From: Octopus vulgaris
Taxonomy: Eukaryota
Length of the DNA stretch: 64,000 bases
NCBI GenBank assembly: GCA_951406725.2
Contig: OX597816.1
Span: 107,508,001-107,572,000 of the forward strand
Direction: 5' to 3'
Shown: piece by piece, positions 42,300-56,372 of the stretch
Position numbering within the stretch: position 1 is the first letter of the stretch
Layout of the letters: each line of letters begins with the position of its first letter
The notes under the pieces: model-generated
What the model was told of the DNA's origin: nothing
The model's input: only the letters and a program-made list of their open reading frames with translations
Databases searched by the model: none
Made by a program: the position numbers and the translations under genes

Positions 42300-43204
42300 G
42301 AATGAAGAATTTTTAATACTTTAAGAAACTCCTATTTTGCCATAAATATTTTTGTGTATGTGAGCTGGTGTGCGCGTATGGGGGCGGGGGCGTGTGTTTA
42401 TGAATGTGTCTGTGAAAATTCATATAAGGTGTATGTGTGTAAATGTGTGTGCCGTTATAAATTGTCTTGCAATGACCTATCTGTCCTTGTGAGTAAGCCG
42501 TGCGTGAAATTCTAATAGTTCAGCTCGCTTTGTTATGCACCTAAGTAACCGTATTATAACAAATATCTTTATTCGAAGCAAACCAAGTCTCCTCCAATCT
42601 TTCTTTTTATTTCCCTATTCACTTTTCTGCATATATTATGTTGGTGTTATTTTTTTTTATTTTACTTGCTTTTTTTCCTCTATGTTTATCATGTGATTTT
42701 AAACCTTTAATCATTACAGGATATTCGGCCAAATTTTTGGCATTTATAATCAACTTATTTTACTCAAGTTTCTTATATTTTTTAACCATTGATTGAACTG
42801 TTTTCCTGTATTTATAGTTATCTATTATCTTCGCCCCCACCCCCTTTTTAGCACTTTCCATTTATGATCATTCTAGTATTTGTAAAGGGTAAAGTTTGCT
42901 AAACACATCTATTGTCAGCTAATTTATTGCAGATCAGAAGTTTGACTTGCCATGAAATGAAATAGTATGTAGTCTTTCCGTTATGCTACAACACAATTAT
43001 GTATATAAGTGTGTGTATATGTGCATGAGAGTTTGTTTACTATTTTATTCTTTTATTCTTTTACTTGTTTCAGTCACTTGACTGAAGTTATATTGAATGA
43101 TCTTAGTCAAATATTTTGACCACAGGAATTATTTTTTAAGCCTAGTGCTTATTCTCTCGGTCTCTTTTGCTGCACTGTTAAGTTACGGGTATGTAAACAT
43201 AGTA

Positions 43205-43437
43205 AGGCGGCGAGCTGGCAGAAACGTTAGCACGCCGGGCGAAATGCTTAGCGGTATTTCGTCTGCGTTACGTTGTGAGTTCAAATTCCGCCGAGGTCGA
43301 CTTTGCCTTTCATCCTTTCGGGGTCGATAAATTAAGTACCAGTTACGAACTGGGGTCGATGTAATCGACTTAATACCTATGTCTGTCCTTGTTTGTTCCC
43401 TCTGTGTTTAGCCCCTTGTGGGTAATAAAGAAATAGG
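43205..43437 (+). mobile_element. SINE family A (young, full length), adjoining a partial family B copy (~43040-43200, -)
   Basis: GGCGGCGAGCTGGCAGAAACGTTAGCACGCCGGGCGAAATGCTTAGC...GAGTTCAAATTCC...AATAAAGAAATAGGT. Confidence 0.85.
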
Positions 43438-43756
43438 TATGTAAACATATCACTAGAAAACGAACTTTTTTTCGAACAACGAAAAAAAAAAAAAAAACAG
43501 AGAAACGAGACATGCAACTTAAAGAATATTCCTCTTCATCAGTTGTCCCTGTTTCATCTACTCTGCGTTTCGAGGGCAAGGACAATACGCGACTTCGTTA
43601 AAACAATCCTTCCCGTAAAGCAAATTAAATAAAATTTGGGATTTTTTTGCGGAGGGTGAAAGTGATCATCTTGGCTTAACAGCCCTCACCGTTTCTTTTT
43701 ACTGTTTTGTTTTCACTGTCCTGTTTTTGTTACCACTTTCACCTCTGCAAAAAATC

Positions 43757-43852
<96 letters not shown>

Positions 43853-44201
43853 GTGTGTGTGTGTATACTCACAGTTCTATACATGAATGTATGTATGTAT
43901 GTATGTATGTATGTATGTATGTATGTATCTATCTATCTATCTATCAGACTGCATTTTAAGTAAAGTATTCCTTTGAAAAGGACTATGTATGTGTGGGGGA
44001 TGCACATGTGTATGTAGGTGTGGTTACGTACAGCTGTACGCACGGTTATGTGTTAAAATTCACTCACGAGACTTACGTGAACCCAGGGCAATGGTACGAG
44101 ATGCTTGCATAAGCTGCCTCGCAGTTGAAATTGAATCCAGAGACAAATAACTGCAAAGTAAAGCAATACCCAACATATGTGTCATTTTTTTCCCTTTACA
44201 G

Positions 44202-44314
44202 ATTCCATGTCGTATCAAAGCAAAACCGAAGGGTCAAATATTGATTTCAACAATCATATATTTTCTTCTTTCCCGCCGGATGATGTCTCTATAAGATCTG
44301 CTGTTTTGAACCAG
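44202..44314 (+). CDS. Aquaglyceroporin exon (extended loop C)
   Basis: ttttttccctttacag|(D)SMSYQSKTEGSNIDFNNHIFSSFPPDDVSIRSAVLNQ|gtatt, phase 1/0. IFSSFP...LNQ corresponds to AQP3 IFATYP...FDQ. Confidence 0.85.
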
Positions 44315-44461
44315 GTATTATGGATTATTATTTCAAAGTATGATTTTATGGCAATAATTTCTATGTCTCATTCAGTTTTAAGCGGTTAGCTCGGGAACTT
44401 TTTCCAATTAGTGAGAAATATAATCTCATCTAACCACTGCGAACATGTATGTATGTATGTG

Positions 44462-44579
<118 letters not shown>

Positions 44580-44779
44580 ATATATCTATATATATATGTA
44601 TATATGTATGTATGTATGTGTACATACATGTGTCTTTTATCTTTTCTTTTATAACAAACTTGTTACGGCTGTCAAGCTGTGGTGGAGAGCAAACATAAAG
44701 ACAAAGACACACACACACACGCCTGCACGCACACACACACACATGGGTGCATACATGCATATACATATACACATGAAAG

Positions 44780-44817
<38 letters not shown>

Positions 44818-45575
44818 CATATCTGTGTGTTTATATATATATAAGCACATACGCACGTACACACACACACACAAATACACGCGCACTCACATACACACAT
44901 ATAGAGGTGTGTGTGTGTGAGTGTGTATATGTACGAGTGTCGTATTTGTATGTGTTTCATTTAAAGACACGACTGTGTTCCTGCCTTATCTTTTTTATTA
45001 CAGATTCTTCATATTTACGTATCAGTTTCCTGCTGTTATTTTAGATCAATAAATTTCCTGAATCCGTAACAAAGATTTCTAGACTATTCACAGTCGTCTC
45101 ATTTCCAAGAACTGCAATAGATTTGGCAAGTGCATTGCTTCTTAAAGAGTGGTCGAATTTTTGTAATCCTTTCCGCGAAAAGCTTTTTCACCGTTAGGTT
45201 TCCTCGTCAGCAACCACGTGATAACGTGTGGCGGTCAAACAATTTTGACCGTGGGGTTTTCACGTCTGTAGTCATGTGTTGACATTTTCGCGTGTGTTTT
45301 GTTTGCATCTTTATCCACTCTGTCGCTGTGCTGCAATATGACTATGACTTCCGTGATTAATCTATTTTAGTCTGTCAGTTGTTTTAGTCATAAGACTGCT
45401 GCCATGCTGGAGCACCGCCTTGAAGAATGTTTAATCGAATGAATCGAGCCCTGTACTTATGTTTTGAAAGCCCGATACTCTATCGATATATTTTGCTGAA
45501 CCCCTAAGTTACGGGAACGTAGACACACCAACAACAGTTAGCAAGCGGTGGTGAGGGACAAGCACAGACCCAAAG

Positions 45576-45640
<65 letters not shown>

Positions 45641-46261
45641 CATACATACATATATCTACCTCGGGTAGATCAAAGCGTATATATATATAATAAAAAAATA
45701 AGCAACAAGAATGAATCCGGTAATTTAGTACAATTGTTTCATACTACAACATTTTATGTATTCTAAATTCTTCCTTTTTTCTGCAACTAACTTAAATCCC
45801 TTTTACAGTATTCTATCACATCCCCTCACCCAAATTCCTAATACTATAAAAATTCTAATGGCTCTTAGTTGTAAGTAGGGTTTTGGTCAGTTAGTATCTG
45901 ACCTAAAACCTCATATGTTCCTAAGAATTCAATGATCTTTCTACACTGACCTAATTTTTCTTGTCACCACATAGTTAAATTGACCTTTTGTTCTAGTGAC
46001 AACCTGTTCTTTTACTTATCCTGAATTTCCTCCTCTTTTCTTCAACTAACTTGAATTCTTTACCTGCCCCTTACCCCAATCCTTATAACTAAAGAAATTT
46101 TCTTACAGCAGTCAGTTGTAACCGAGGTTTTGGTCAGTTAGCATCTGAACTACACGACCTCATGTTCCTAAGATTCATATCTACATATTTATCTGTATAT
46201 TTACCTTCCCTAAGATGTTATTAGGGAAGGTAAACTTTATATCATTGGAAAACCTATATAA

Positions 46262-46350
46262 AATTTAGCTGAAGATTACTCAGCATCTTAAATCTGCTGT
46301 AATATTTACAGCTTTTAATAAAATGTAGTATGAAACGATTGTACTAAATT
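46262..46350 (+). ncRNA. Type I hammerhead ribozyme motif with a long stem II
   Basis: AATTTAG-CTGAAGA-TTACT...AGTAT-GAAA-C-GATT-GTA-CTAAATT, with a 7-bp stem I. The inverted arm preserves the loop as AATT. Confidence 0.65.
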
Positions 46351-46649
46351 ACCGGATTCATTCTTGTTGCTTATTTTTTGATTATAATCACCCCGCATAT
46401 TTTTATGGATAACACCATACAAAATTCTGGTGCATCTAAATTAAGTACCATATTCATTTGAATCTAAATTGTTGCTGAACTTATATATATGAAACTAATA
46501 AGCTTTTAAGAATCTGTGATAAGACTGTGCATCATCATTAAGGAACTTTGGAAATCTGTTTGCAACCTATATCTGCCTTTAATGAAATTATCTCCAATAT
46601 TTCATGAGTATAACCTCACCCACTAAGATGTTTGGAGAACTCATATGTA

Positions 46650-46740
46650 TTTTAGCTGATGAGTACGGGACACTTTTATCTGCTGCAATTTTTGCAACTT
46701 GTAATAAAGCCTGTCTTTGTATGAAACAATTGTACTAAAA
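46650..46740 (+). ncRNA. Type I hammerhead ribozyme motif with a long stem II
   Basis: TTTTAG-CTGATGA-GTACGGGACA...TGTCTTTGTAT-GAAA-C-AATT-GTA-CTAAAA, with a 6-bp stem I and palindromic ACAATTGT. Confidence 0.75.
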
Positions 46741-46768
46741 ACTAATCCATTCTTGTTGCTTCTTTCTC

Positions 46769-46834
<66 letters not shown>

Positions 46835-47562
46835 GACGAGCTTCTTTCAGTTTCCGTCTATCAAATCCACTCACAAGGCTTTGATCTACCCGAGATTATT
46901 GTAGAAGACATTTACCCAAGGTGTAATGCAGTAAGACTCTGAGGTATTTTAAAATGTATGCAAGTATTATCCCCACGAGGTCTATCTGAATTTGTTTCAT
47001 GATGTGTGATAGTGAGGCCTTGTTGTATATGCATGGAAAACATAGATACCAGTGTTGTGGTAATATGCCCAATGTAACAACTGCAATCCTAATTGTAAAA
47101 CTAAGGCTTACAATTAAATTTGTGCAATATGTTGGTCATTAGTGGCTTTCCTCGCGTTTACGAGGTTGTGGCCCGCTAATACGAAGGAACATCTTGGTTT
47201 TAGTTGTTTTTGTGCTATATTATTAGTTTTAGATGATGGTTGGATGTGATACATCTTGCGCTCCGTTTTATGAGGTTTTTGTTTATGAATTCTTCTGTTC
47301 AATAGCTGTTATGCATTTAAATCATATCATAAAATTTATGTGCGATTTGTGCATTTTCATTAGGTGTATTCTCTGATGTACTTATATAATATAACGAGTA
47401 CATACATGCATATATATAAATGTATAAAGATATGTGTGTGTGTGTGTGTGTGTGGGCGTGTGTGTGAGTTCATATTCCAAGTATGATGTATGTATTTATT
47501 ACATACCAAGAAGCTGCATTTCATTCAGCAGCGTTCTGTTAAATTGGATCTCATCTTGAATT

Positions 47563-47652
<90 letters not shown>

Positions 47653-47884
47653 TAACGCACGCGTGCTTATCTCCAAATCAGAATTACCCATTCTGTTATT
47701 TTTCAAATTTATGCTGCACCAAAATGTTATCCCCGCTTAAAGACTCATGTTATGGAGAGTGACCACGTAAAGCTCTCTAATTAGCTCAATATATGTATGC
47801 TTATTTGTATATACTTATATGTATATTTGTATATATGTATATATGGCTTGTTGAATAGCTGGATTATGTATATGTGTATGTATA

Positions 47885-48962
47885 CGAGGTGGTGTCAAAA
47901 AGTTCCCGGACTGGTTCTGTAACGCACCAACAGATGACGGCACACAATTGCAAGCGCAATGAGAGGTAGCAGTGACCTTCATTAAGTAATATGCCGAGTG
48001 ACATTACCATGTTTACTTCGAAAATTGTGAAATCTTGATTTAAATTTGGGAAGTCTCCTACAGAGATTTTGAGCATGCTTTAGCGAGCTTACGGCAACAA
48101 GGCAACGAATCGTACCGAATGTTTCGAGTGACACGGGCGATTCAAAAGCGGACAGCAGAGCCGCAGCTCAATTGATAACATGCTTATCATTTTTGTTTTG
48201 TTCAACATCTGCGGTATTGTACATCAAGAATTCATCCCCAAGCACCAGACCGTCAGTCGAGACTTCTACTGCGACGTTTTCAAACGTTTGAGGGAGGACT
48301 TCGACAAAAGAGAGCGGATCTGTGGTGCGCGAAGAATTGGATTCTTCATCGAGCTCTCCTCTCTCGCGAGTTTCTCTCCAAAAACAACATGGTATCGCTT
48401 CCGCACCCGCCCTATTCCCCAAATTTAGCACCCGCGGACTTCCATATCTTCTCCAAGATGAAAATGTAGCTCAAAGGTCGCCAGTTTAACATCGTTATCG
48501 AGATCAAGTACGAATAACAGAAGGTCCTCGACTGGCTTACAGAAAATTTCTTGCAGACCGGATTCCAAAAGTGGCAGGAACACTGGGACCGGAGTATTGC
48601 TGCGCAAGTTGACTATTTCGAAGATGTTAAAACGTAGGTAAATAAATTACCATTTTTTATTAAACACTAGCAGAGATACCCGGCGTTTCTCAGGATTAAA
48701 ATGGCATAGTTTGTATATATATTACAGATATATTGAAACAGGTGATACCGGAAAGTGCAGCATTGACGACAAAACATTTGTGGAGTAAATAATGGACTAA
48801 TTCGACTAAGCGACATGTCATGGAAAATTGGGGATGGGGGTATGTGCATGGTTTTGCTGATCTTAAGAAATGCATAGGTACTACACACGCAGACACACAC
48901 CCAGACGTCTTAGGTTTTATATATATAGATAACTTGTCCAGGAACCGTTTGATACCACCTCA
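47885..48962 (+). mobile_element. Mariner element, internally deleted, with a transposase pseudogene
   Basis: TA|CGAGGTGGTGTCAAAAAGTTCCCGGAC versus GTCCAGGAACCGTTTGATACCACCTCA|TA. Peptides FNICGIVHQEFIPKHQTVSRDFYCDVFKRLRE and HPPYSPNLAPADFHIF. Confidence 0.9.
48667..48929 (-). mobile_element. Non-autonomous Helitron nested inside the mariner, next to its right TIR
   Basis: Minus strand starts TCTATATATATAAAA and ends CCTGAGAAACGCCGGG...CTAG, between A and T. Confidence 0.8.
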
Positions 48963-49783
48963 TATATATATATATATACTTGTAATCATGTGTAAAGTGC
49001 ATTCATATATATAAATGTTTGTATATATATATATATATATATATGTATGCTTCAAGGCGGCCATAAAGCAGAGCCTTTGGATCATCGGATGGATTGCTTT
49101 GAAGTAATAATCCTAATTCACTAGTTCTGAGTTTAAAAAACTCCGAGATCCCTTTCGGCTTTCGTCATTTCTATGTCGATAAATAAAAAGTACCATTTCT
49201 AAACGGCAGTCAATTCTTCTCTTTCCTTCTGTCTTTCTGCCTTTGAGGAAAATCGACTGCCGTTAGGCAAGGAGAAGCACTGTCTCCGGCATGTCGAAAA
49301 TGCCTAAAATACTTGGTATCACAACGACTTCATGGAGAAGTTCAGGGCCTATGACAAGGTATATATGTATGTGCGTGTATATGTTTTTATATATATTACA
49401 TATATGTAATGAATGTGCGTATGTATATATGTTCGTTTTTGTATGTATGCATATATGTATCTGTGTATGTAAATGTCTATGCGTATGTATTCCTATGTGT
49501 GCACGAATGTTTCTATGTATGCTTTTATGTATGTATGCAATATATGTAAGCTTTTACGTATATGCATGCATATGTGTATGGGCATATGTATTTATGTGAG
49601 CATAAGCATATATATATGTATTTATGCATGTATGGATAAGTGCTATGGCAAGAAGATGTGAAGATCATCATTGATAGATTGTAAAGATAATAGTCGTAAT
49701 TTGTCCAATCATATACCTATTTTCTATTTCTTCGACCACTATAAATTGGTTATATATCTTATTACAGTATTCTTCGTTTTCAG

Positions 49784-49998
49784 ATTATAGCTGCTTTTCT
49801 GCTAGTGATTGGCATTCTCGCCATTACTGACACTGATAATATTCAATACAACCCAATTATGTTACCAATCACAGTAGGAATCCTACTCACGGCTATCATA
49901 GCTTCCTTTTCGCTCAACGAATGCGCAATAAATCCTGCCATAGATGTTGCCGGAAGAATTCTGCTTGCAGCAATATCAGGAAACTCAACAGTCTTTAG
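49784..49998 (+). CDS. Aquaglyceroporin exon (TM4, TM5, loop E with NPAID)
   Basis: ttttcag|IIAAFLLVIGILAITDTDNIQYNPIMLPITVGILLTAIIASFSLNECAINPAIDVAGRILLAAISGNSTVF(S/R)|gtatg, phase 0/2. LAITD..N and NPAxD...R are glyceroporin features. Confidence 0.95.
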
Positions 49999-50169
49999 GT
50001 ATGTTTGACCACTCATCGAACGATCCCTTAGTTCTTTTATTTTTCTTGAAATGAAAACAATGTTGTTGATGTTATGGTTGTTGTTGCCGCTAAGCCCTAA
50101 AGTCAATCTTGATTGATCTCTCCTATGATCAAAAGCATTTCAGGTAAGAAATTTATCTTTGAAGGAGTA

Positions 50170-50560
50170 TACTCTTTTACTCATTTACACTTTTACTTGT
50201 TTCAGTCATTTTCTGCGGCCATGCTGGAGCACCGCCTTTAATCGAGCAACTCGACCCCGGGACTTATTCTTTTGTAAGCCCAGTACTTATTCTATCGGTC
50301 TCTTTTGCCGAAGCACTAAGTTACGGGGACATAAACACACCAGCATCGGTTATCAAGCAATGCTAGGGGGACAAACACAGACACACAAACACACACACGC
50401 ATATATATACATATATACGACGGGCTTCTTTCAGTTTCTGTCTACCAAATCCACTTACGAGGCTATAGTAGAAGACACTTGCCCAAGGTGCCACGCAGTG
50501 GGACTGAACCCGGAACCATGTGGTTGGTAAACAAGCTACTTACCACACAGCCACTCCTGC
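50170..50560 (-). mobile_element. CORE-like SINE, family B
   Basis: Closely matches 23995-24409. Confidence 0.85.
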
Positions 50561-51950
50561 GTATCTTCAACTATATTGTAGACATTGGCATATATGTTAG
50601 AGCGTTGGCCAATATTCTGTCTCTTCGCGTCTTGTGTTCAAATCTGGCCGATGTGGATTTTGTCTTTAATTCTTTCGGAGTCGATACGCAAAGTAGCAGT
50701 GGAGTGCAGTGGACTAGTGGAATCGTTTGCACGTCAGACTGACTGGACGCCTTGCGTTATTTGTACCAGTTCACCAGTAGTTAACCATGGACACCATCAT
50801 GATAATCCTTTTTTTAGAGCAGGCGGTAGCTGCTGCTGCTGATGCTGATGATGATGATGATGATGAATTCCTTATCTAATGTTTCCTTCGTTGTCTGACA
50901 AGGTTGTGGTGTGATTTGAGAGGGATTCTGCTGCTAATGCAAACAAGCCAAGGAACTATATTAGATGCCCTCACTCTGATTAGCTCGGGAAAATATTTTT
51001 TCAAATAGCGGTGCAATGCCATTTGTTGTAGGTGGGCGGGGGTTTCTGTAATGAAAAATACTACTATATCAGTACTTCACTGGTACTTTATTTTATCGAC
51101 CCCAAAGATTAACACTGTTACATTTTAGACTAAAAGAATAGAAAGGGATATAAATTAAAACGGCAAAATATTTGATCCGCCATGTTAGCGTTTCTACCAA
51201 TGCATTACCTTTAGTGTATCATTCAACTACGGTAGTAGTGGAATAATATTCTTAAGGCCACAGTTTACTCACATGCAGCATATTTCAAGGCTTGTCACTG
51301 ATTCAGTTCTTAATCAAATTGAAAACTGTTAACATTTTTGAAGAGAACTGGTCCCTTGCTACATTTTGACAAAACAAATTGAAATTTAGTCCAGTAGAAA
51401 AGGTTTACATCAAAATTTGTAGCAACGTTATTGGAGAGTAAGTAACACCTCCAATCAAGTTTAGATTTGAATAACTTTTTTTTTATTTTAAAGGCAAAAT
51501 ATTTTTTATCTTAGCTTCAATGATAGAAGAAAGCATGAAGAATTTCCTAGTTTTGATCCCATGCAACAAAAATTTGTATCAAAAAAAGTTTTGAGGTAAA
51601 ATATCATGAAAATATATATAAAGAAGGCAAAAATTCGGATTTAAGTATAATTAACTTTTTTATTTTAAACATAAACTGTATTTTATTTAACCTTAAGTTA
51701 TAGAGTACAATTCGAGGAATTTCATGGTATCAATCTCATGCAAGAAAGTTTAAATAAAAAAAAGTTATGAGTGTTTGTTTCTCAAATTTGAGTGTAATAA
51801 TATAGTTCTATACTTTTTATGGATATAGTTCTATAATGGGACTTCTAATATATGTCACCGGCATCATTGAGATAAGGAAAAAATTATCAACGACACCGCT
51901 AATTGACACATTTGACACATTATTAATTAGCATAATAGCATAGCCTAGAA

Positions 51951-53640
51951 AGTTAGTTAGTTAGTTAATTTTTTTGCTCAAAAAGCAAAAAGCAAGGCCA
52001 TGTAGGGGGACATAGAGTTATGTACAGGGTGGTGTTCATGTAAAGAGTTCAGGCCACTTGAGGTCAAGGGAGACTTTGAACCGAGCGGTCGTCGGCATCT
52101 TCACCATCTCGTCTGGCAGCTTATTCCACGGATCCGCAACCCGGACGGAGAAAGCCTCCCTCCTTCGATTGAGATGAAATCGTCGCAGATAGAGCTTTTC
52201 AGAATGACCCCGCAGCCGACGCTCTGGAGCAGGAGTGAAGAACAGCTCTTTCGAGAGGTTACACTTTCCGCTTATGATGTTGTGAGCAAGAATGAGATCT
52301 CCACGGCGACGTCGTTTTTCTAGAGAATAAAGATTGAGCGTCTTCAGCCTTTCTTCATAAGACAAATTCTTGAGACCAAGAACCATGCGGGTAGCCAGCT
52401 TCTGGACTCTTTCGAGATGCTGTATGTCTTTGAGGAGATAAGGAGAAGAGGCTTGAATCCCGTACTCCAATATGGGTCTCACCAGCGTGACATAGAGCGG
52501 TAGGAATATGGCTGCTGTGAGCATTCCGAATGACCGTCGAATCAAGAACAGAATTCCGCGTGCTTTGTTGGCAGTATGGACGCACTGGGCCGAAGGCGAA
52601 AAGGAGGAATCCACCAAGATACCCAGCTCCTTTACCTGATCGGTCCTCTCCAGCAGCAGCAACCCGGCTCGAAATCAAGTTGAGCTGCAGGAGGAGAGCC
52701 AACAGGCAGATGACAGCACTTTGACACGTTCAGACACAGGTCCCATTCGTTAGACCATCTCCAAATTTGGTGGAGGCATCGACGAAGATCCTCTATTTCA
52801 CCGCGAGGAGCGACCAGTTTGACATCGTCGGCAAATAGAAGGGTGTGTTGCGTGAGGTCGTCGGGCAAGTCATTTATGAAGACTAAGAACAATAAGGGCC
52901 CAAGCACTGAACCTTGAGACGCGCCACTGCTCGCACTAGAGACGTCGGACCGCGAACCATTAACTTGGACTTGGAAGGAGCGATCTAAGAGGAAGGCACC
53001 AACCCATCGTACAATATCCGGATGGAAACTATATGCTTGAAGCTTGACAAGTAATAAGCGGTGGTTTACCGAGTCAAAAGCTTTGGCAAAGGCCAATAAA
53101 ACGATGTCAACAGCATCACTATCATCGAGGAGGCGCGTCACCAATTCTTCCATTACCAGTAAGTTGGTCAAGCATGATCTCTTCGGCACGAAGCCGTGTT
53201 GGGAATCAAAGATAGAGGCTGTGTTTTGGAGGTGGAGCAGCATACTTTTCTTAAGGATGGTTTCGAACATCTTGCTGATTATTGATGTAAGGGAAACCGG
53301 TCAGTAGTTAAGCGGGTCTTCGCGGCTCCCTTTCTTGAAAATTGGGCAGATTATCGCTGTTCTCCAGTCCGCAGGTATAACACCCGTCGCCAATGACTTA
53401 TTGAATAGACGTGTTAAGGGCTCGCAGATGACCGGAGCCAACGCTTTGAAAACCCGTGGGTGTATGCCGTCAGGGCCGTGACCCTTGTTGACATCGAGGC
53501 CTTGAATAACGCGTTCGGCTTCGTCCCGCGTGATGACCAATCGAAGCATTGGAGGTACCTATCTATCAAATGGAGGGGGTTCACGACCACCATCTTGTTT
53601 GAAAATAGTTGAAAAAGCCTCGGCAAATAATTGACGCTGA
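51951..53640 (-). mobile_element. 5'-truncated CR1/L2-group LINE: RT and C-terminal region with a (TAAC)n tail; fairly young but inactivated
   Basis: GPDGIHP, DWRTA.I.PIFKKG, NY*PVSL, QHGF...RSC.TNL, FAKAFDSV.H, QGSVLGPLLF...INDL, LFADD and LEKRR.RGDLI. Contains in-frame stops and a frameshift near 52660. Confidence 0.92.
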
Positions 53641-53649
53641 AAAAACATG

Positions 53650-54401
53650 GATCACATGGAAAAATGCGACCAAGAGAAACAATCTTCTTAAGATTGTAAA
53701 TTTGGAAAAGTACAGGACAAGTTATTACACTTGGAAAAGTTCAGGCCAAGTTATTACATCTGGTAAAGTACAAAACAAAAGTTTTACATAAAATACTGCA
53801 GCTAAGGATAAAATTTGAATATTAAAAATTATTTAATTTTAATTTACAAAGTAACATTGTAATTAAAAAAAGGTACCATCATTTTGTTAAAATATTGACA
53901 CACTAGGATATTTAAAAATGACAGCCAGAAGTACCAATATAGCTAAAGTTTTATGCAATGTAGAACAGTATACATCGTAGGCAAATTCATTGAGTAAAAA
54001 AAGGCATTGGGTCAAGACTAAAAATGTGAAGATTTGGCAAATTTTACTGTGAATTTGTTGTTATAGGTAGATTTTAATGTAATATACAACTAATTTTTGT
54101 ATTATTCTATTTATTGTACTAATTATGTACTACTACTATGTTTTGTAACCTATTTTCAAATTTCTAATTATTAATTAATAATTTTAAAAAATAATTTTTT
54201 AAAGTGTAAAAAATATTTTGAGATATTTTAAAATTTTAATAGCAGTAACATGTAATAACAAATAGAAGTAATAGCTCGTAATAAATGTTTTTGTTTCAAT
54301 AAGAGCTACTATTTTCCAAGTGTAATAACTTGTCCTGTACTTTTCCAAGTTTATAATCTTAAGAATATTATTTCTCTTGCTCGCAATTTTCCATGTAATC
54401 A
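53650..54401. mobile_element. AT-rich MITE-like element with ~90-bp inverted arms
   Basis: 53650-53740 (GATCACATGGAAAAATGCGA...GGAAAAGTACAGGACAAGTTATTACACTTGGAAAA) is the reverse complement of 54311-54401. Confidence 0.7.
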
Positions 54402-55367
54402 CATATATCTGTGAGCTGGAAAGACATTACTAATGATTAATGTTCTGTGACAAGTCACAGTATGATGAAGGGAGTTTAAAGCCGGTTAGTAATAAGTCCT
54501 TAGTATACCACTCTTATAATGTTTGGCATTTGTTGTTATATAACTGTAGATTAAGCCTGATGGAGCAAACTGTTTAGAGGAGGGGTTCTAGTAATTAAGT
54601 TAATTTTATCATACATTCTCCCCTTCTTTTAAGGCGGTGGAGACTTAGTTGTTATTTTTAGCAGGTTGAGTAGCCATAGTGTACCAGCAGGATAACTGCT
54701 GTTTTGCTCAAACTGATAAAAGGATGACATTTCAGGCAAATTCTTCAAAAGCGATATGCAAGATTTGGCTATATCATCGCTGATAACGAATTTATGAACT
54801 ATAATCTATTATTAACGTTTTTAATACAGGAAACATAAAAAAGTTAACTAGATATAAAGTAAACCATATTAGTCAATGACGGTTATTAATTTAATCATTT
54901 TGGTAAAAGGGTTGACAATTCCGGCCTTACTTAGAAATTATGGATATTGATTTCGGATTTATGGTCACTGACATAAGATTGCGGAATAATTCTGAATTTG
55001 ACCAACAAAAATACAATTATTTCACTTTGTAAAAAGTACTAAGCCTTAAGCATGATGACACAGGAATCATTACAATTCTAAAATAAGTGATGTCGGCAAA
55101 AAAGACCGTGAAACGTTGGAAGTTTTATCACTTGTTTAGTAATCAATGAAGAAACGACAATCGTCACAAAGCTTTTAAACTTTAAGAATACCGATGCATA
55201 TTGAATTTTCTCTTTTTATTCTATGACATTACCTGATTATCATACTGCAGTGTACATATGTACACACACATACACATCCATCAATCTATCCCTCCCTCCC
55301 CCTCCCTCCCCCATCTCCATCCATCCATCCATCCATCCATCCATCCATCCATCCATCCATCCATCCA

Positions 55368-55401
<34 letters not shown>

Positions 55402-56372
55402 CATACATACATACATATATGCATCCATTCATTAATTAGCAGTCGTCCAAAAATGTCATCAAGTACTATCTCCCTATGCGACACGACATTGTCGCAAAAA
55501 AAAAAAAAATATACAATGCTATTCAGAGACAGACTTTACTTGAATAAAAATAGAGAACTCCCTGTTATTGAATACATACACGAATATTAACGCAAGGAAT
55601 ACTAGCGGGACATTTTCATCAATATATCTGTCGAGTATGAACATAACATGCCGAATATTGTTTGGGACAGACAAAAAAAAAATAAATAAAGAGTAGTGTC
55701 ATGGAGGTCATCTGTCCTGCTGATGTGAATATCTCTTTGAAAATCAAAGTGAAAGAGAATAACTGTGGACAGCTGCTTCGAAATCTCTAGTTTCCATATC
55801 TAGATTATAAATTCGCATTTATACCAATATTCATTACAGCACTTGGTTTTGTGAATAGTTACAATCTGGATAAACTGGGTTTTTTTTTAGAAAAACAAAT
55901 CAACCAATTAATTCGCACATTACTAATGCAATTTGTAAGTGTCAGAGTAAAAAATATGCAAGACTTTCTTCGAATTAAAAATATGATGTTGCTTTGTTAT
56001 TTACGTTCCAACGATAGAGCTTCATATCTTTCTTAGAAACCAACTCTTTCCACAGAAGAATTTAAATAATTAACAACAGAGAACATCCGCACATACATAG
56101 GCATATACATACATACATACATACATACATACATACATACATACATACATACATACATACATACATACATACAGTACTGCAATAGGTTTTCCATGCTTAA
56201 ACGCAACGGATCCTCAGGGAACATTTTATCGCATCATATTACACGTAACTACACACACACATTCAGACGCATATATATATATATAATCAATCCAAACATG
56301 AGCAAGCAAGAAAAAACAACAACGCAAGTACAGTGTTATTAGATGCTCAGGAAAGGAAAGAAAAGAAAAAGG

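Larger units (their letters stand above)
45688..46770 (+). mobile_element. Non-coding, (TA)n-flanked Penelope/retrozyme-like element with a 5' inverted arm, internal direct repeats and two tandem hammerheads
   Basis: 45688-45757 is the reverse complement of ~46317-46386. ~45770-45935 repeats at ~46030-46180. Both hammerheads are followed by CATTCTTGTTGCTT. Confidence 0.75.

Noticed and set aside
43520-43600. CTGATGA and GAAAC motifs on the minus strand
   Set aside because: I could not build consistent stems or an NUH site in any hammerhead topology.
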